Shown here: piece after piece, positions 1 to 15,300 of the stretch | Layout: the number at the start of each line of letters is the position of its first letter | Position numbering within the stretch: position 1 is the first letter of the stretch | Assembly (NCBI GenBank): GCA_030141605.1 | Contig: JAQGDQ010000192.1 | Location: 62,001 to 126,000 of the forward strand | Direction: 5' to 3' | DNA from: Tubiluchus corallicola | Taxonomy: Eukaryota; Animalia; Priapulida | DNA: 64,000 nt | Translations under genes and position numbers: made by a program | Notes under the pieces: generated by a model | What the model saw: the letters and a program-made list of their open reading frames with translations, nothing else | What the model was told of the DNA's origin: nothing | The model's database searches: none

Positions 1-608
1 AACTTACAAAAGCTATTTTTAGTTCTTTATTTCTTTGCTGATATAATTTTGTGAGGTAACATTAATTTTGTTATAATTGTCAACAAACAACTTCAAATAT
101 AGTGCAAAGTAAAATAGTCTTAAAATTTTTCAGGTGGTAGAGTGCCTCTACGACGTATGTTATGATTTAAGTAATACATATAATCCACATCAGTCGAGGT
201 CCAAATTGTGTGGATTATACGTATTAGCTGACTTAAAATTGTTTCTTGTAAGTCTTTGTAAGATGAGACCCTAGTGAAGTTTTAATGATTGTTGAATCAT
301 TGTTTCATAAGCATTGCAGCGCATGATAGTACTGCAAGCCATGTCTAGTACTGACAGCTGCTGGAAAGGCAGAATCTAGCTTATTTCTGCAGATAATCTT
401 CTGAGATCACATTGGGTTTTCGCTTACCTGTGTTCAAAAGTATACACTTCTTCCCTAACGAGAAAATAGAGCTGACAAGTGAGGTACATAAAGCCACAAC
501 AAAGCAGTTTTTCTGACAGTCCAGGCAGGCTTATCGTCATAAACAAGTCCACAAAAATATTTCTTACTGTACGTTTGTACATTTGGTACGATTTGCATTG
601 TTTTCCAG

Positions 609-722
609 ACACTGCCGCCTCACGTGTTTGCATTGGCAGATGAAGCTTTTCTCGACATGTGCAGCAGTTTCCGAAGACAGAATCAATCGCTAATTGTAAG
701 CGGTGAAAGTGGAGCAGGAAAG
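609..722 (+). CDS. MYO19: MYO19 exon, P-loop ([14 protein letters not shown]...[14 protein letters not shown])
   Basis: ttttccag acceptor, aag|gtatgc donor, myosin P-loop. Confidence 0.93.
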
Positions 723-3700
723 GTATGCTGGATTGTACACCTGCGAACTGCATGCAAAGTTTATTAAATTTATTACTGTAGATATTACATAAAGTGCAAG
801 AAAACCCTGCACTTGAACAAATCTTAAAAAATTCGTCTTGAAATTTTATAGCACTTATTGGTGATGGGAAAAACGAATTTTTAAAATAAAAACAATAGCC
901 AGCAGCCCAGCACCCACTTGAGCGAAGAATGCTACACTTCAATTCTAGCATCGTTACCATGTCTTTGTTTAACTGGGTGCTGGCTGTTATTTTTATTTAT
1001 ACATGCCTCATTATTGCATACAGGGTTTGCGTGAGCAGTAACGCTGTATAATCCCGCGATGACCATTAGGTGCAGCAATTTTGGAGATAAGTCATTTGAA
1101 ATAAGTTGAGATAACATTGCTTAAAGTTTGAAAAAATAACCAGAGCATTTGCAGCATACACTTCGCTAACTAAGCAAAATTTTAAATTACTGTATCTTGT
1201 GAAAAAGATTAAAAATAAGTTTTTTAGCGAGTGAGTGGTGCACCCTGAACATTTTACAAATTACTGCAAACATTTTAATTTATTAAAAATTTCCTTTTCT
1301 AGTTACACAAGTTTTTCAATCAGGTAAACATAAAGCTAAGTAGTACAATTTTGCATGGAAAGTTTTTTGGAACATTGCCTTCCCCTGATTTACGTTGTAC
1401 GTAAATGACATCACATAATGGCGCGATCGGAACAGTATCACATGAGATTATACGCTTAAAATTGCTATAAATGTATTTAATTTTTAAGGCAATCTTTCTG
1501 AAACCTATTTCAGGAACCCCTTTTCTTGTCCTGTAACATGTACAAACCGAAACAAGTAAATATAAATACTCAGTCCACTGCATCATGGAAAACAAAGTTT
1601 GTCTAACTTATCTGAGATAACACAAAGTTTGGACGTGGACTATAGCTGAGGGAGTTAGCATTCATGACTCAAACACGCGGCTGATTTGCTTCAGTCTTGC
1701 AAAAAGTTCAATAAATTTTGTGTTTTGCTCATAAAATTCTGCAGTAAATTTGTTAGCCTTAAGTAAACAGACAACTGGCTAAATGTGGCTAAAAATTTGA
1801 CAGACTTTGTTCAACGTAGAACGTTTTTTTGATATGGTATTGCAACCATTTTATTTACATTGATATTTGCATTGCTGGACATGATTCCTCACTGCAGTTG
1901 TTTTTTGTTTCCTTAAGAAGTCTATTTTCTAGCTTCAGAAGTTTGTATTTTTCGTATTCTTTACCAGAGCTGCTTCTATGTGATTTTCATAAAAGTATGG
2001 TGTTTTGTCTTTACCATATTATTTTAAAAGGAGTTCCAGCAGATACCCTCTCTTGTTCTCTGTATTATCACTGATTGATTTTTACTATAGCTCTACTAAT
2101 TATCAATTTTTTTATATTTGTTTGTCACTTTTTAATATTTTTTACCATTTTATAATAATGTGCATTGACAGGCATGTCTTTTTGGAAATTACCTTATGAG
2201 TACTTGTGCTTATTGTTTATATTATTTTTTAAAAGCTGAGTGAGTTATGTTTCTCAACCTAAGAATATAGTGATTACGAATATGTTTTAGACGTGCACTG
2301 CGCGATACATCATGAAATATCTTACTTCTATTGGAACTCATGATGATCACAGAATAACTGCTGCTGACCACATTGAAATGAAAATCCTTGATTCAAATCC
2401 CATACTGGAAGCTTTTGGTAAGAATTAGCTACCACTACATGTTAACTACTTGGAAAGTCCTCTACTTGGACTTGAAACCAAGACCTTCTGCTTTCTGGGC
2501 AGCTATGTGGTGTTATGGTTAGCATAGCTGCTGAGAAAGCAGAAGGTATTGGGTTCGAGCCCAAGTGAAGGAGAAATTAAAATGTTTCAAACATTTTAAG
2601 CTTGTGTCTAGAGGCACTTGAGTTTTTGGACTCGGAATTTTATCGTATAAGCACCTAGAGGCTTATCAATGGGCACACTTTGTCAAGGCATGCAGTACAA
2701 AATGAATCATATAAATGCACAAAAGCAATACGAAATTAAAATGCCTGATTTAGATTTGATCAGGGCTTGAAAAACCTGGATTTGCATCGCGTTTAGCTCC
2801 GTAAATTTTTGCCGTTGCTCCACATACTTATGTAATAACAGTAAATACGTTTAACGAATGCACAGGAGTCGCAAAAATGTGCGGGAGCCAACCCATTACA
2901 TTTAAAAATTTTTGGTGTCATTTTAATTTACGAAATGAACATTAAACAGTAACATGAAAGTTGCTATATCAAAGACCTTAGTTAGTTACCAGCTGATTGT
3001 TCACTATCACTAGTTTTGGAAAGAGTACATCGCTTTCATCTTATTCTGGGCAGAAATTCATAAAAAAATAGTCATCTAGTGAACAAGATCTTTGCTTCAT
3101 TGTTGAGGCAGTTAAATATTAAGTAACAAAAAATAGTAAAATAACAGCTGTTACCGGATTGTAATACCTAATAAAAAAGGCATATGTACATTACACATCA
3201 CATATGATTACAGTAATATTTATTTCAGCTTAAAAGCTACTTAGCAAACAAAAACAGAACATCGCTCTACATGAAAGTTCATTTGCTCTACATTTTTATT
3301 TTGGGAGAGCATACAGTGCTCCACAAAAAAATAAAGTATTTTGATCCCTGGATTTGATAAAAGCTGTATATTGTGCTGGTTGGTAGTGAAAAGTAAAGAA
3401 AAAATGATTGTACTTAATTTCAATTCGCAATACAACATTCACGTATGCTTTTATTACATGCTACTACCGATAGGCAAGTACTAGTGAAATTTATGTATAA
3501 GTCTGAGGTGACAGCTAACAAGTAACACCTTTTACAAAGTATTTTTTGTTGTCTGTTATGAAAATCTGTGTGAAAATTTAGAAAGTTTAACGAGCAGCAC
3601 TAGTTCTAGAGTTCTTTCAGGGAATCAAACTTCTCTTGAAGTCTTTTGTTAAATGTAGCTGGAAATAGCGTCAATGCAGCTTTTCTTCTCGTTATTTTGT

Positions 3701-6700
3701 GAGGTGTGGGTTGTGCTCTAAGAAAAAATAAAGAAAAGGTTTTGCACCTCTAAGTGAGGCAAAAGATTGTGTTGTTACGATTACTGTGGCAAGATGAGAA
3801 ATTGTCGCAGAAATGCAAATCCGGCAAGATGCAAAAATTGTCGTTGAAATAAACTTGTTACTACAGCACGTTCACGTTTCTTAATTAGTCACTTTTTCAT
3901 CTGTCGAGACAAGCTGAGAGAAGAAAAGCAATATTTTACTTGAATTAAGCAATGAATTAAGATCAGTGTTTTTAAAAGCCCTTAAGATCCCCTTTTTTTC
4001 GCAATGTTAAACATGCAAGCAAAAAATATATGTTAGTTTGACTTGCAAATTTATTATTTTTTGGCTTGCAATGAATAGTAGATTTCTGTTTTGTTAATCA
4101 AATGCTTTTTTCGACTATATTTTGTCAAAGGTAATGCGCAGACGAGCAGAAACCACAATAGCAGTAGGTTTGGAAAATTTGTCCAAATTCAGTATAATAC
4201 ACAAAACCAGATAGTTGGTGCCAGTTTGGAGACTTACTTGTTAGAGAAGACTCGTGTTGTAAGCCAGGCACCGGAAGAACGAAACTTTCACATTTTTTAT
4301 CAGGTGAGATTCATGTAATTTTTTATTTTGAGTAATTTCCACATCTTCTTAAACATAAGTCCTTTTTACTTAGAAACTAAGTTCTATACAGTAACACACA
4401 TAGTAGCAACTCTTCTTTGAGATGTTGAAAAAGCTTGTAAACAAGGTAAAGCAGAGATTCTTTAGGTTTTTTTTTATAAAACAGTCTTGTTTTAATTGTT
4501 TACGAGTGCCACAAACAAACAGTTAGGAAGAGGATGCAGGTTTGTGAATAAATCAGCAAATGCAAATGGTACAAACTCAAAATGCATTTAAGGTGCACAA
4601 TTATTAATATGAATGTTGTTTGGCAAGTCAAAAGTAACAGCTAATTATAAAACTTAGCCTTGAAATTTTTCAGTGAAGGAAGTGCTAGTATGACAGCTAA
4701 AACAAATTCTACTGTGAACTAGAACATGGTTTTGCCTTAAATTAAACAACTGCCAACTGTTATGCAATGGCGTGATATTTCCTCATTCTAAGAGCTATCA
4801 AACATGTATCAGATCTACATTAAATGTGCTGTGTTAGCAAATTAGTATTTAGCTTCTTAGACATTTCTTGTTTTTTCTTAGATGCTGTGTGGTGGTGTCA
4901 ACATGCATGATGACTCTGGACAGGATCTCACTAAAGTAGATGGTTGTCATTTTTCTTACGTTGGCAATCATTTAGCAAATTATGGTAAGATTTCTATTAT
5001 TACTGTGAAGTCTGTTTTTACAAGAAATTTACAGCTTGAACTTTTAAGTTGCAGGTATCTTTATTTTCATTAGACTGTGATATTGAAATATTTACATTGT
5101 TTAAGCATTTTCTTATCTTGGTTTTTACTTGAACCACTGCCCCAAAGTGCTTTGCTCACATAGGCTACGTGGTATTATGTTAATTTTGTTAGAGCTTATT
5201 CATTAGAGAATGTTTTCAAATGCAGTCACCTTATGTTACCTTCTCTCTTGATATGTTATTTTTATGGTTTGGAGGAGTTACTCACTATGAAATGTCATTA
5301 TATTTACATAAGCATTTCTGCATATTTTATGAACCATTTCAGTGAATAAAAATTTACATTGGACTACTTGCAACTAAAATGTGCTGTAGTGACTAAATGA
5401 CTAAATTAAAGAATATCTAAAGCTAAAACTGTAAGAATAAACAAAAGGATTTTTTTCAATATCTATTAAATTTGTGGGTAGAAAAAAACGCTACCTTTAA
5501 AAATTACAACTGCTTATTTAGGATTGCCTTCTATATTTGAAACTGGCTTCAAGTGTGTGTCATGTTTGGCTATTTCATTTAGTTGGACATGTTAGTGTTC
5601 ATCCTGTTATGCAAAAACAATTTGCACAATTTCAGTGCGAAATTCTAGTGGCCTCTTGATTGTTCTAAATTTTCTGTTCACTAATAGGTTGGTTGTTCAG
5701 AAATACACATCTTTTAAGTATTCGTTATTTTCCAGTATGTGAAACTGCAACTACTTGATTGTGTACATACTAACATGTAAATTTCTTTCTTATAAATTGG
5801 ATTATTGTTTATGAAATTGTGTAGTAGAAAATATTATTTGTGCAGAAACAGATGCTGAAGAGTGGCAAGTAACAACTGAGGCAATGAGTGACATTGGTTT
5901 ATTTCAAGCTGACCAAGACAACATCTTCATGGTAATTCGTAATTCTGGGTTAAAATATAGTTATAACTTAATTTGTTGTCTTGGGAGGGTGGGAGGCTTC
6001 GATAAATTTTTGTTCTTTCGCTACTTTCTTCACCACTTAATTCAATAAGCACTTTGGCACTTTTCTAATAACATTAAGTGCTGCGTGAAACCACAAATTT
6101 TTAGTTACTGATCTAATTAATGTAAATGGTGATAGTAAACTTACTTATTTACTTGCTTGCTTGCTTAGTTCGTGTCTGTCTAATTGCTGTGTAGGTCCAT
6201 GTGTAATGATTAGTTGGCAGATATCATTTTTAAATGATCGTTACACACGATTAAGCCCACACATTTCTTGGATAGAAAGCAACCAAGGCAAATTGTCTTT
6301 ATGAGAAGGCTCTTACTTAAATTATTTAAAGCATAGAGGGGCAATGGTACAAAACAAAGTTGTTGGTTGCTGCGTGCACTTTCTATAATTGCTTTTACCA
6401 TTGTAATGATATAAATATGTTATTATTATTTATGTTTTTTTGTGGAAATTGCATTATTTTAGGTGCTTAGTGCCATTTTGCATTTGGGAAATATCAGTTT
6501 TTCCCACGTTGGTGATTTGGACCAATTCACTGTTGATAAAAATGCCAAATGTTCAGGTAAATTTTGTTCAACTTCTTGTATGCTTGCACGTATCTTATAT
6601 TAGTCAAAGACAAATGCTGTAAAGCAGTATAGATTAGTCTATTTTACTTTGTTGTTATTTAAAATTTAAACTCCATTTCAAATTATAAAGAACAGAATTA

Positions 6701-9267
6701 CATCTTATAGTTATAACATTTTAAAATAGCAAATGATATTTTTTAATAGTCATTTTTATTCCTTTATATTATCTGGCTTATTCAGGTTTACTACAAGTCA
6801 AACCTACGAGATAAATTCAGTTTTGACAATCATCTATTTGGATATTGATTTAAAGATGTACATTATGCAACGTTTAAACGGGTTGGTTTATGGTTGTTAA
6901 TAGAAACACTTTCACAGTGCTATTTTGTAGTTTCTATATTTTTTTATGTGAGTTCAGTTTATGCTAATTTTATTTTGTATTACAGCATTAGGGATTGATT
7001 GTGTTGCTGGTTTACTGGGATTAGATGTAGCAAAACTATCTAAATTGTTTGTATTTCGTACTATTACTGCTGCTCACAGACGACGATACAGCGTTTTTCA
7101 CAAACCTTGCGATAACGGAGAATGTATTACTCGTCGAGATTGTTTAGCCAAGCTGCTTTATGACAGGTAAGAATTCCAACAGTAAGAAGGATTAATTGAA
7201 TCTTTTACCTAAGCTGTAAATACTTTTCAAGTGCATTTGATTCCATATTATTGATTTATTGTTGCTTACTGAAAGGAGCATAAATTTGATTTCGTTTATT
7301 CTTTTTAGAGTTTTTCACTGGCTTGTGAACTTTATCAATTTACACATAAATTTTCCAGAAGACGACAATTTCAAGTTTATTGGTAAGATTTTTTTGGTAA
7401 TCTTAACTCTTCAAGATTCATAAATTTGTTTCATGTAATTTTCACTTCCCATTTGTTATTATAGTATACAGGGTCACTATGCATTTTTCAATTTATGTGA
7501 AGCACAAGAAAACTCCATTCATAAATAAAACTTAAAAAAAATTGCCTTGAAATTTTATATAGCTTACTTGTCTTATGCTGTCTTATGGCATACGAAGCTT
7601 GCATTAGCAAAAAACTTGTAAATTTAAACTCCTTCGATCACCATTAAGTGCAGCCATTCTAACGGTCAGTCGTTTGAGGCAAGTTTAAAAAACATGACGT
7701 AAAGTTTGAAAAATAATCAAATACATTTGTAGCACATTCTTCACTGTCTAAGCAAAGGTCTAAATATGTTGTTAGTAAGATCAATCATATGTTGTTTAGT
7801 GAATCAGTGTTGCACACTGAGATTGTGATGCAATGCCATTTTACCAGCTGGCTTGAATATTTTAATTATCAAGAATTTTCTTTTCCAATTTATTAAGTCC
7901 TTCAAACAGGTAACCGTTATGCTAAGTAATATAACATTGTATGGAATGTTCTTTGGAATATACTTTAAAGTTCGCTTTTCTTTCCCTTTAATTAAGGCTA
8001 AAGCAAAACAAATTGTTTGAAAATAGGCACAGATGAACTCTAAAAAAAAATTGAGAATTTTTTGTGTGAAATTAGATGAAAATCTAAAAAAGAATTACTT
8101 CACTGGTAGACTGCTGCACGTATGCTATATTTTCAAAGTATATGGCTAATGATTACGACATGCATTTCCGACATCAGCATTTCAAGTTAGATGTCTGCAA
8201 AACAGTCTCTAATTGTGATTTCTAGTTCATGAGGGATCTCTTGATCTTGTATCATAAACATTTTTCTTGGTGTTAAAATAAGTCGCATGGAGCCAAATGT
8301 GTCCAATCACAGTGTTCCACTCTAAAGGGCCTCAGCAATGAATCAACCAGACGAAAAAGTCTTGTGTTGACAACATCTAATTGTCTCTAACAGCTTGTTG
8401 TAAGAATGGTGACCTAGTTAAAGCTTAAATACCAAAAGTATTCTCAAAAAACTGCTTTTGTTTCATGCTTGTTAAGAATGCAGAAAAGGAAAAATAGGCC
8501 TAAATTTTTAATGTTTATTTGAGACACCCTATTTATTATGTATAATATAATATATAATAATGTTTTTGTATTCTATTAATGAAAAGAGTGTCAGTATTTT
8601 CACTGTTTTGCATTAGTTTTTATGGAAGCTGTTCTTTTTAGTATGTAAATTCATATTAATTTCATCTAATAATATTTTTCACCTTTCTTACGTTTAGGCC
8701 TTTTAGATGTTTATGGCTTTGAAGTTTTTGAGCACAATAGTTTGGAACAGTTATGCATAAATTATGCAAATGAGAAGCTACAGCAACACTTTGTGCAGAA
8801 TCACATTCGTCTGCAACAGCAAGAGTATATTAAGGAGGGACTAGTGTGGCAGGAATTAGATTACTGTGATAACGAGCATTCATTACTTGTTCTCGAGGGA
8901 TCACCTGGAATATTTTCTGTTTTGGATGAGGTAATATTTGCAAAAATACATGTTAATTTTAATGCAGCATAACCTCGTACATGAATCAGCAGCCAGATGC
9001 TAATTAAGAAAATTGCTGTGTCAAATTATATGATTGAAACATACGTAAGAATTACAAGGGATGGTCTTTACACCGGGGGTATATATGTTCTAGAACCAAC
9101 TGTATAAATTCATTTTTATGATGCTAAGTCGATTTTTTAGAAATTTTTTGTGTCACAGCAATTAAGCATTTATTGATTCAGGTTAGATGTCTTTAAAAAT
9201 ATTATATTGCTGTTCTGGCTGTATTATGTATGCACAGTTGAAACACAAAACATTATATCTGTCTAGC

Positions 9268-9331
<64 letters not shown>

Positions 9332-12300
9332 GCTGCTGCTGTTGTTGTCATTTTTGCAAAAATATGTTTTTGTGTATTTTGTTGTACTTTTATAAAAAAT
9401 AGAAAATTCTGTACTGTTAAGTTTAGTTACAGGTAAATGGACAGCAGTAACCATTAAATTTGAGTACACACTAAAATCACAATAAGTTGTTGTTACTAGT
9501 CTAGATGTTTTTTAGTGTGTTCAATTACTAACTTTAATGAAGTAGTAATTGTATACTAATATTATTATAGTTACTACTTTTATTAATGGGATTTTTTTGC
9601 AGGAGTGCCGGCTGATGAGAGAATCAACAGTGTCTTCAATTGCTGAGCGAATAACAATGACAATTAACAACTTTCAACTGTGCAAGCCGATGCGGCCTAG
9701 TCCAGGCTTTGTTGTGAAACATTATGCTGGCAATGTTGCTTATTCTGCTGCCAATTTAGTGGAAAAAAATAAGGTACGATTTGAGGAAGGTTTGTAAATT
9801 CATTTAAGTAATTGCCATAATGTAGGTACTTTATTTATTTACCCTGGACATTTTTTAAGCAAGGAAAGCTAATTGATCATTGTGCTACAAAATTAACCTG
9901 TTAATTTTTAAGGCCTGAGTATACTTGTTCTTGGTTGTTATACGATTTTTATTTGCTGTGCGTTAATTTTTTCTGTTTTTATTTATTATTTGTTAGGATA
10001 AAATTCCAGAAGAGTTGGTTGAATTCCTGCAGAACAGTAATAATTATTTTGTTGCATCGCTGTTTGCTTCCTCACCAGCTGGCACTACAAGCACTAACTT
10101 GATGAAAGGGACATCAAATGGCAAACTGAAACAAAGCCAAATTACAGTCCTATCAAAATTCAAGGTTCTTTGCCTATGACTATAATTATCTCCATTATTG
10201 CATGATGATTGCTTATTTTATTTTGGAAAACGAGAATATTGGCTTTCAAAATGTTTTAAGTGCCGTATTGCATGCTGTTCTTTTTTACGTGCTTGCCTTT
10301 GGTATAGCCTGAATGTGTTTTTATCTTAACAACAATTAGAAATCAAATAATACAGTTTGTTGAAGATGTGTAGATACTAAGCAAAGCAAAGAATTTGGTT
10401 GTATTTACAAAGCTTCGTATTGCTATCAAAACACAATGACCCAAGTTAATTTCTTTTGTATTAATATTTGCCTGTTCAGTGTCAACAATTTGATTCCATT
10501 TTTGATTTTGATCACTTATTACAACTGGAGTAAGCAGTAACCAAAACACATTGGTATTAGTGATTTTCACGAACTTTCAACTGACATTTTACTTTTTTGC
10601 AGGACTCATTAACCAATCTGCTGTCACTATTAAATTCCACTCGTCCACATTACATCAGGTGCATCAAGCCAAATCGGCTTTGTAGAGAGAAACACTTTGA
10701 TAGCTCATATGTTATGTCACAACTCAAAGCTTGTGGTATCTTAGAGACAGTTATTATAGGAAAAGCTGGTTATTCAGACAGGTACGTTGCATGTTTATGG
10801 GCAGTTATTCTAAATATTGTCATTTTCTATAGGTGTTGTGTGAGTAATTATCCTGAAACCATAACGAGTCTACTAAACAAGAATGAGATTTAACTGACAT
10901 TTATTTATTGTATACATAATAAAAAATATAGTAGTAATAGCAATTTATTGACCAATGGAAAATAGTGGTATAACAAATTGTCTGTGTTGGTCCAAGACAT
11001 AACATGAGCAATTTTGAGCCTATACGAATAGGTTCTACTTTTACTTCTGAAGAATGAGACAGAAAAATTAAAGTAATTTACACATTTTTGTTAATTGGCC
11101 AGTTTTTGATCATTTACAAATTTTCTATGCAAAATTGTTTCCCTTTTAATAGAAGCTTCCTGAGGAGTAGCATGCAATTGTATGTCTTTTATATTTCAGT
11201 ATTGCAAAAGTTTGTTCAGTAATACTTATTGACTTAACTATTATATTTTATTTGTTGATTCATGTGAGCCATCTAAAAAAGGTTTTTGCTGTTTAGTGGA
11301 ATGAGAGGTAATATTAGTTCCTAAACTTGAGAACAGTATTAAAACCCTTGTGCAATTGAAACAGTCTATTGCTGAACAAAGAATATTTATTTGCTTCATG
11401 AATATTTACAGATGAATTATCTCTGTTCCTGTTTAAATGTGGTTTCGAAATTTGTCAAGGTTGACTCTGCACTTGCTCTGCAGTGGAAGAAAAAGTTTGC
11501 TTACTTAACCAATGAGTCGTGCTAGCATAATAACAAATACTGCAATATGTGAAAGTTGTGAAGCCCTTTTTATCTTTAGATATTTCGGAAATGTTATTTA
11601 GATAGTTAATTAAAGTATTTGCATTCAGCCTTAGTGCTATATTATTTCCTTCTAGTGTACACCTTTTCTTAGTGCATTATTTACTGTTTGCATTAAGTAC
11701 ATTTTATTTTTACAATAGAAGGACTAGCACGAAAATGGCGAGTCGGCAAAAGCAAATGAAATTTTCATTTCTGCTTGTACGTCTTATTTTTTGTTCTATT
11801 TTCAGGATGCCATATGATGTTTTCTCTGGTAGATATGCAGTATTGCTGAATGACAAAATGAGCTCTAGGACAAAGATGCCTGCACTTGTACAGCAGTTAT
11901 GTTGTAGGACTCCTGGAGATGAAAACAAAGAACCATTGCTACAGAAAAGTTCACACCATTCTAATGTTTTGGGTACATATGATATATCTTGGTGTATTGT
12001 ATTTTCTGTCATATTTATACTTGTATTACTGATTGTTGTGTTTTCTCACAACTATGTTTCGCATTCCTATGTGATATTTATGCACTTCGGCAGACTTGAA
12101 GTTGTAATCTCACATTCAGTAGCAGAGCCTACTTAATGTTGAATTTTGTGTCGGGAATAGATTCGGGCTCATTTTCAAGACTAACTCTTTAAGAGGAGGC
12201 ACTGAAGTGGTCGGGATATCTTAGTCATCCACATCCTTCCTTAGCCACGTAAACAGTCAGGATCAGTATGGGGAATGGACCCACTCAGAGTGAGTTTTAT

Positions 12301-15300
12301 CTGCCGGTAGTCACAAACCATTGTCTGACCAACATCGGCATTGTTTGACTTCGGTTGTGAAGCACACTTTGCGGCCACTTGGCTACTAGCCTCAACTCAA
12401 AAGGGGATATCTGTTTAGATAAACCTAATTTGTTTTTGTGGGGGTGAAAACCATGCCAGAGGTATTATGGTATAAAGTCACAAGCAGCAATTGCAGTTGA
12501 ACTAATTTCAGCCAAGACTGCAAAGTTTTGAGATGAATTATTTTTGCAACAATTTGGCCTGATTTTCTTGTTATCTTACCATTTTGTTAAAATTTGTAAG
12601 TATTGGTGTGTTTTATCGTATTTTAAATGTACTTACTTTTTATGTAAATGTGCTGAAGCTATTTAGTGATTGATTCTTCTTGGTGAAATTGCTTTACAAT
12701 TTTTTCAGCAGAGTATCGTGATCAGTATAAAATAACACGTAGAATTCTGCATAAAGTTTTTGGCGCAGACATCACTTCAAATCTCATTACGATACAGTTT
12801 GGAAAGTCGAAAGTCTTTCTGAAAGATGGATTCGTAAGTATGGCATAAAATAACAGTAGAGTGTGAACTTAAACTTTCATGTGAATTTTATTTCATAGGG
12901 CATTTCTTTCAGTTTACCATTGTGCAAAGCTGGATCCCATAATGCAAATTTTTTTCTTGCAAGGAGATTATATAATTTATCTAGATCTAGCATGTAATTA
13001 TGTGCATGTTACAGTATCAAAGCGTTACACCAACATCTGTACTCCATCACGGTAAAGAAATTTTAGTTTTTGTACTTAATAGCCAGCTACCATTTCTGTT
13101 TACAGGGAAAAAGTTTGAAGTTAGTATTTAAAATTTCAGAAAATATAGTTGATTTTTTAATTTGCTTTGTCGAATGACCTAGGCGAGTTTGCGAAAATCA
13201 AAATGAAGTAGCTAGGTAATCTTAAATTTCTAGTGACACTTTCATTCATTCCCTAAAGTTTTTTCGTTTGAAACATGGATTTTCAATTGTTTATAATTCT
13301 TCAAACAATTTGATTCTGTTATTTTTTATGAAGTTTTTTAACATTTATATTCAGAGTGTAACAGACCTGCATTGGTAAGCCCATATAATGCTCACTTCTA
13401 GCGCAAATGTGTACAAAATGACAAAAGATTTACTAAATAATCACTTATTCTTGCTGAAAATTACTGGTAACTGGTATAAATAAAAGTTTTTGATGAAATC
13501 ATATTATTTCATGATGTTCCATTTTTGCATTGTGTGTTTGTGTGTGTGTGTCTGCGTGCGTGCGTGTGCGTGCGTGCGTGTGTGCTATAAGTGAAGTTTT
13601 CCAAATTTGGAGAGATGAATCATTAGATACAATCACAGGATCATAATGTTTAGGTGATTCCTAATTTGTGATTACATTGATTTAAATAAGTTTGTACACG
13701 ATTTTTGTTGTCAACAGTCAACAAAATTCAAATTTGCTCATTACATTGTGAATACTAAGTACCTTTCAGAAGATGAATTAAAATGTCTAGTTTCCCACTC
13801 CGTGATTTTGAAAATTTTCCTTGAGAAAAAAGTAAAAAAAAATTGCAAGCTGTGCAGTAATAATATTCAATCAATCAGTAAATATATTCCTAAGAATAAT
13901 TTTTGTTGCTCTCTGCTTTCTCTTGTTTTTAACTCAATATTCTAATATCCTAAATACAAATTAAGATTACCTAGATACTTAATTTTGATTTTTGCAAACT
14001 CGCCTAAGCCTTTCGACAAAGAAAATGATAAAAAAAATCAGCTTTATTTTTTGAAATTTTAAATACTACACACTTTTTCCTTTTTTCCAAATAAAAAGAA
14101 ATAGTATCTCTCTCTAAAAGTACAAAAACTAAAATTTCTTTACCTTGATGGAGTATAGCTATCTTGGTCTGTTAAAAAATATTTTAGCCTAGCTATCTGT
14201 ACAGTATTTTGTTTGCATGCAATATAAGTAACATTGCTGTTGAACTTGGGGCATGCATGCCTGCAGCACATAAACCTAGACAATGATGAGCGATAAAAAT
14301 GCTGCAGAAATATAGTGGAAAGAAAATCAGGTAAAATTGATCATAAATTAATAAATTAATTAGTATTGATCCTGCACTATTACTGTTATCAATTTGTAAA
14401 TGAACAAAATTTTCATTACCCAGTATTGCAGTGCTAGAAATTTATGAAAAACTTGTCTTTGTTGATGGTTTAGTTTGGAACAATGCCAGTGCAATGCAAA
14501 CACAATGCTGTGTTGGCTTTCTTTAGTAACCGCTATAAGTAAGCTGAATTCTATTGGGTATTCACATTTGCCAATAGTGACACCTTTTGTTGTATAACTT
14601 TTTTTCTGCAGACATTATATTGCAGATTTTGCATTCATTGAAAGATAATTGGAGGTGATGTTTTAGGTTGAAGTTCTTGAACAGAGACGTGTAGAGATTC
14701 TCAATAGGTGTGCTCACCAAATACAGAAACACTGGAAACGTTATAGAGGAAAACAGTTAGAATTGAAGATGAACATGGCAGCTATCTATATTCAAAAAGG
14801 TATTTGAAATTTCTTCACTTTAACAATGATGGTTCAATTTACATTTATTACCTTGTCTAAAAGAAAGCTTTGCTGGGAACATCATTTTATGCATTACAGT
14901 ATTTAGGCATTTATTTTTAACTTTATAAATTTTTCTCAGTAAATCCCCAAAACTTATGATCCCTGAATTTAATGAGGGCAGTTTTGAAATTTTGTAATTT
15001 CATTATGATCTTGTTCTTGTAATCCGATATCATGATTAATCCTTTGCAAATTTTTTTTAGTGTTTTAGCCTTATTTTTCAAACATTGCTGCACTGTAATT
15101 TAGCTTCTAAACTCCACAGTTTTTGTCACTGTCTGCCATTTTCGTACTCGCAAACTATTTTTATAGACACGCACATTCATTAGGTTCCTTATTACAGTAG
15201 TCGCCGCTTAATAGACTCACTTTGGGACCGACTTGTTTTGACCCAATTAACCGATTGAACCTATTAACATCCGATAACAACCATAACAACCGATGGGTGT

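Noticed and set aside
134-154. Possible upstream MYO19 micro-exon (VVECLYD, cag|...|gtatgt)
   Set aside because: Faintly resembles the N-terminal VL.CL..RY segment, but the intervening conserved YT..G..LVA.NP exon is not found before 609, so it is unsupported.
424-960. 178-aa - strand ORF
   Set aside because: Antisense to the MYO19 P-loop exon, no recognisable motif.
7469-8531. Tc1/mariner relic (cagggt... / ...acaccct ends); similar single end at about 22070-22098
   Set aside because: TIR match is too short and transposase motifs could not be placed in order.
9187-9469. poly-Cys / poly-Asn ORFs
   Set aside because: Translations of the (TGT)n microsatellite.
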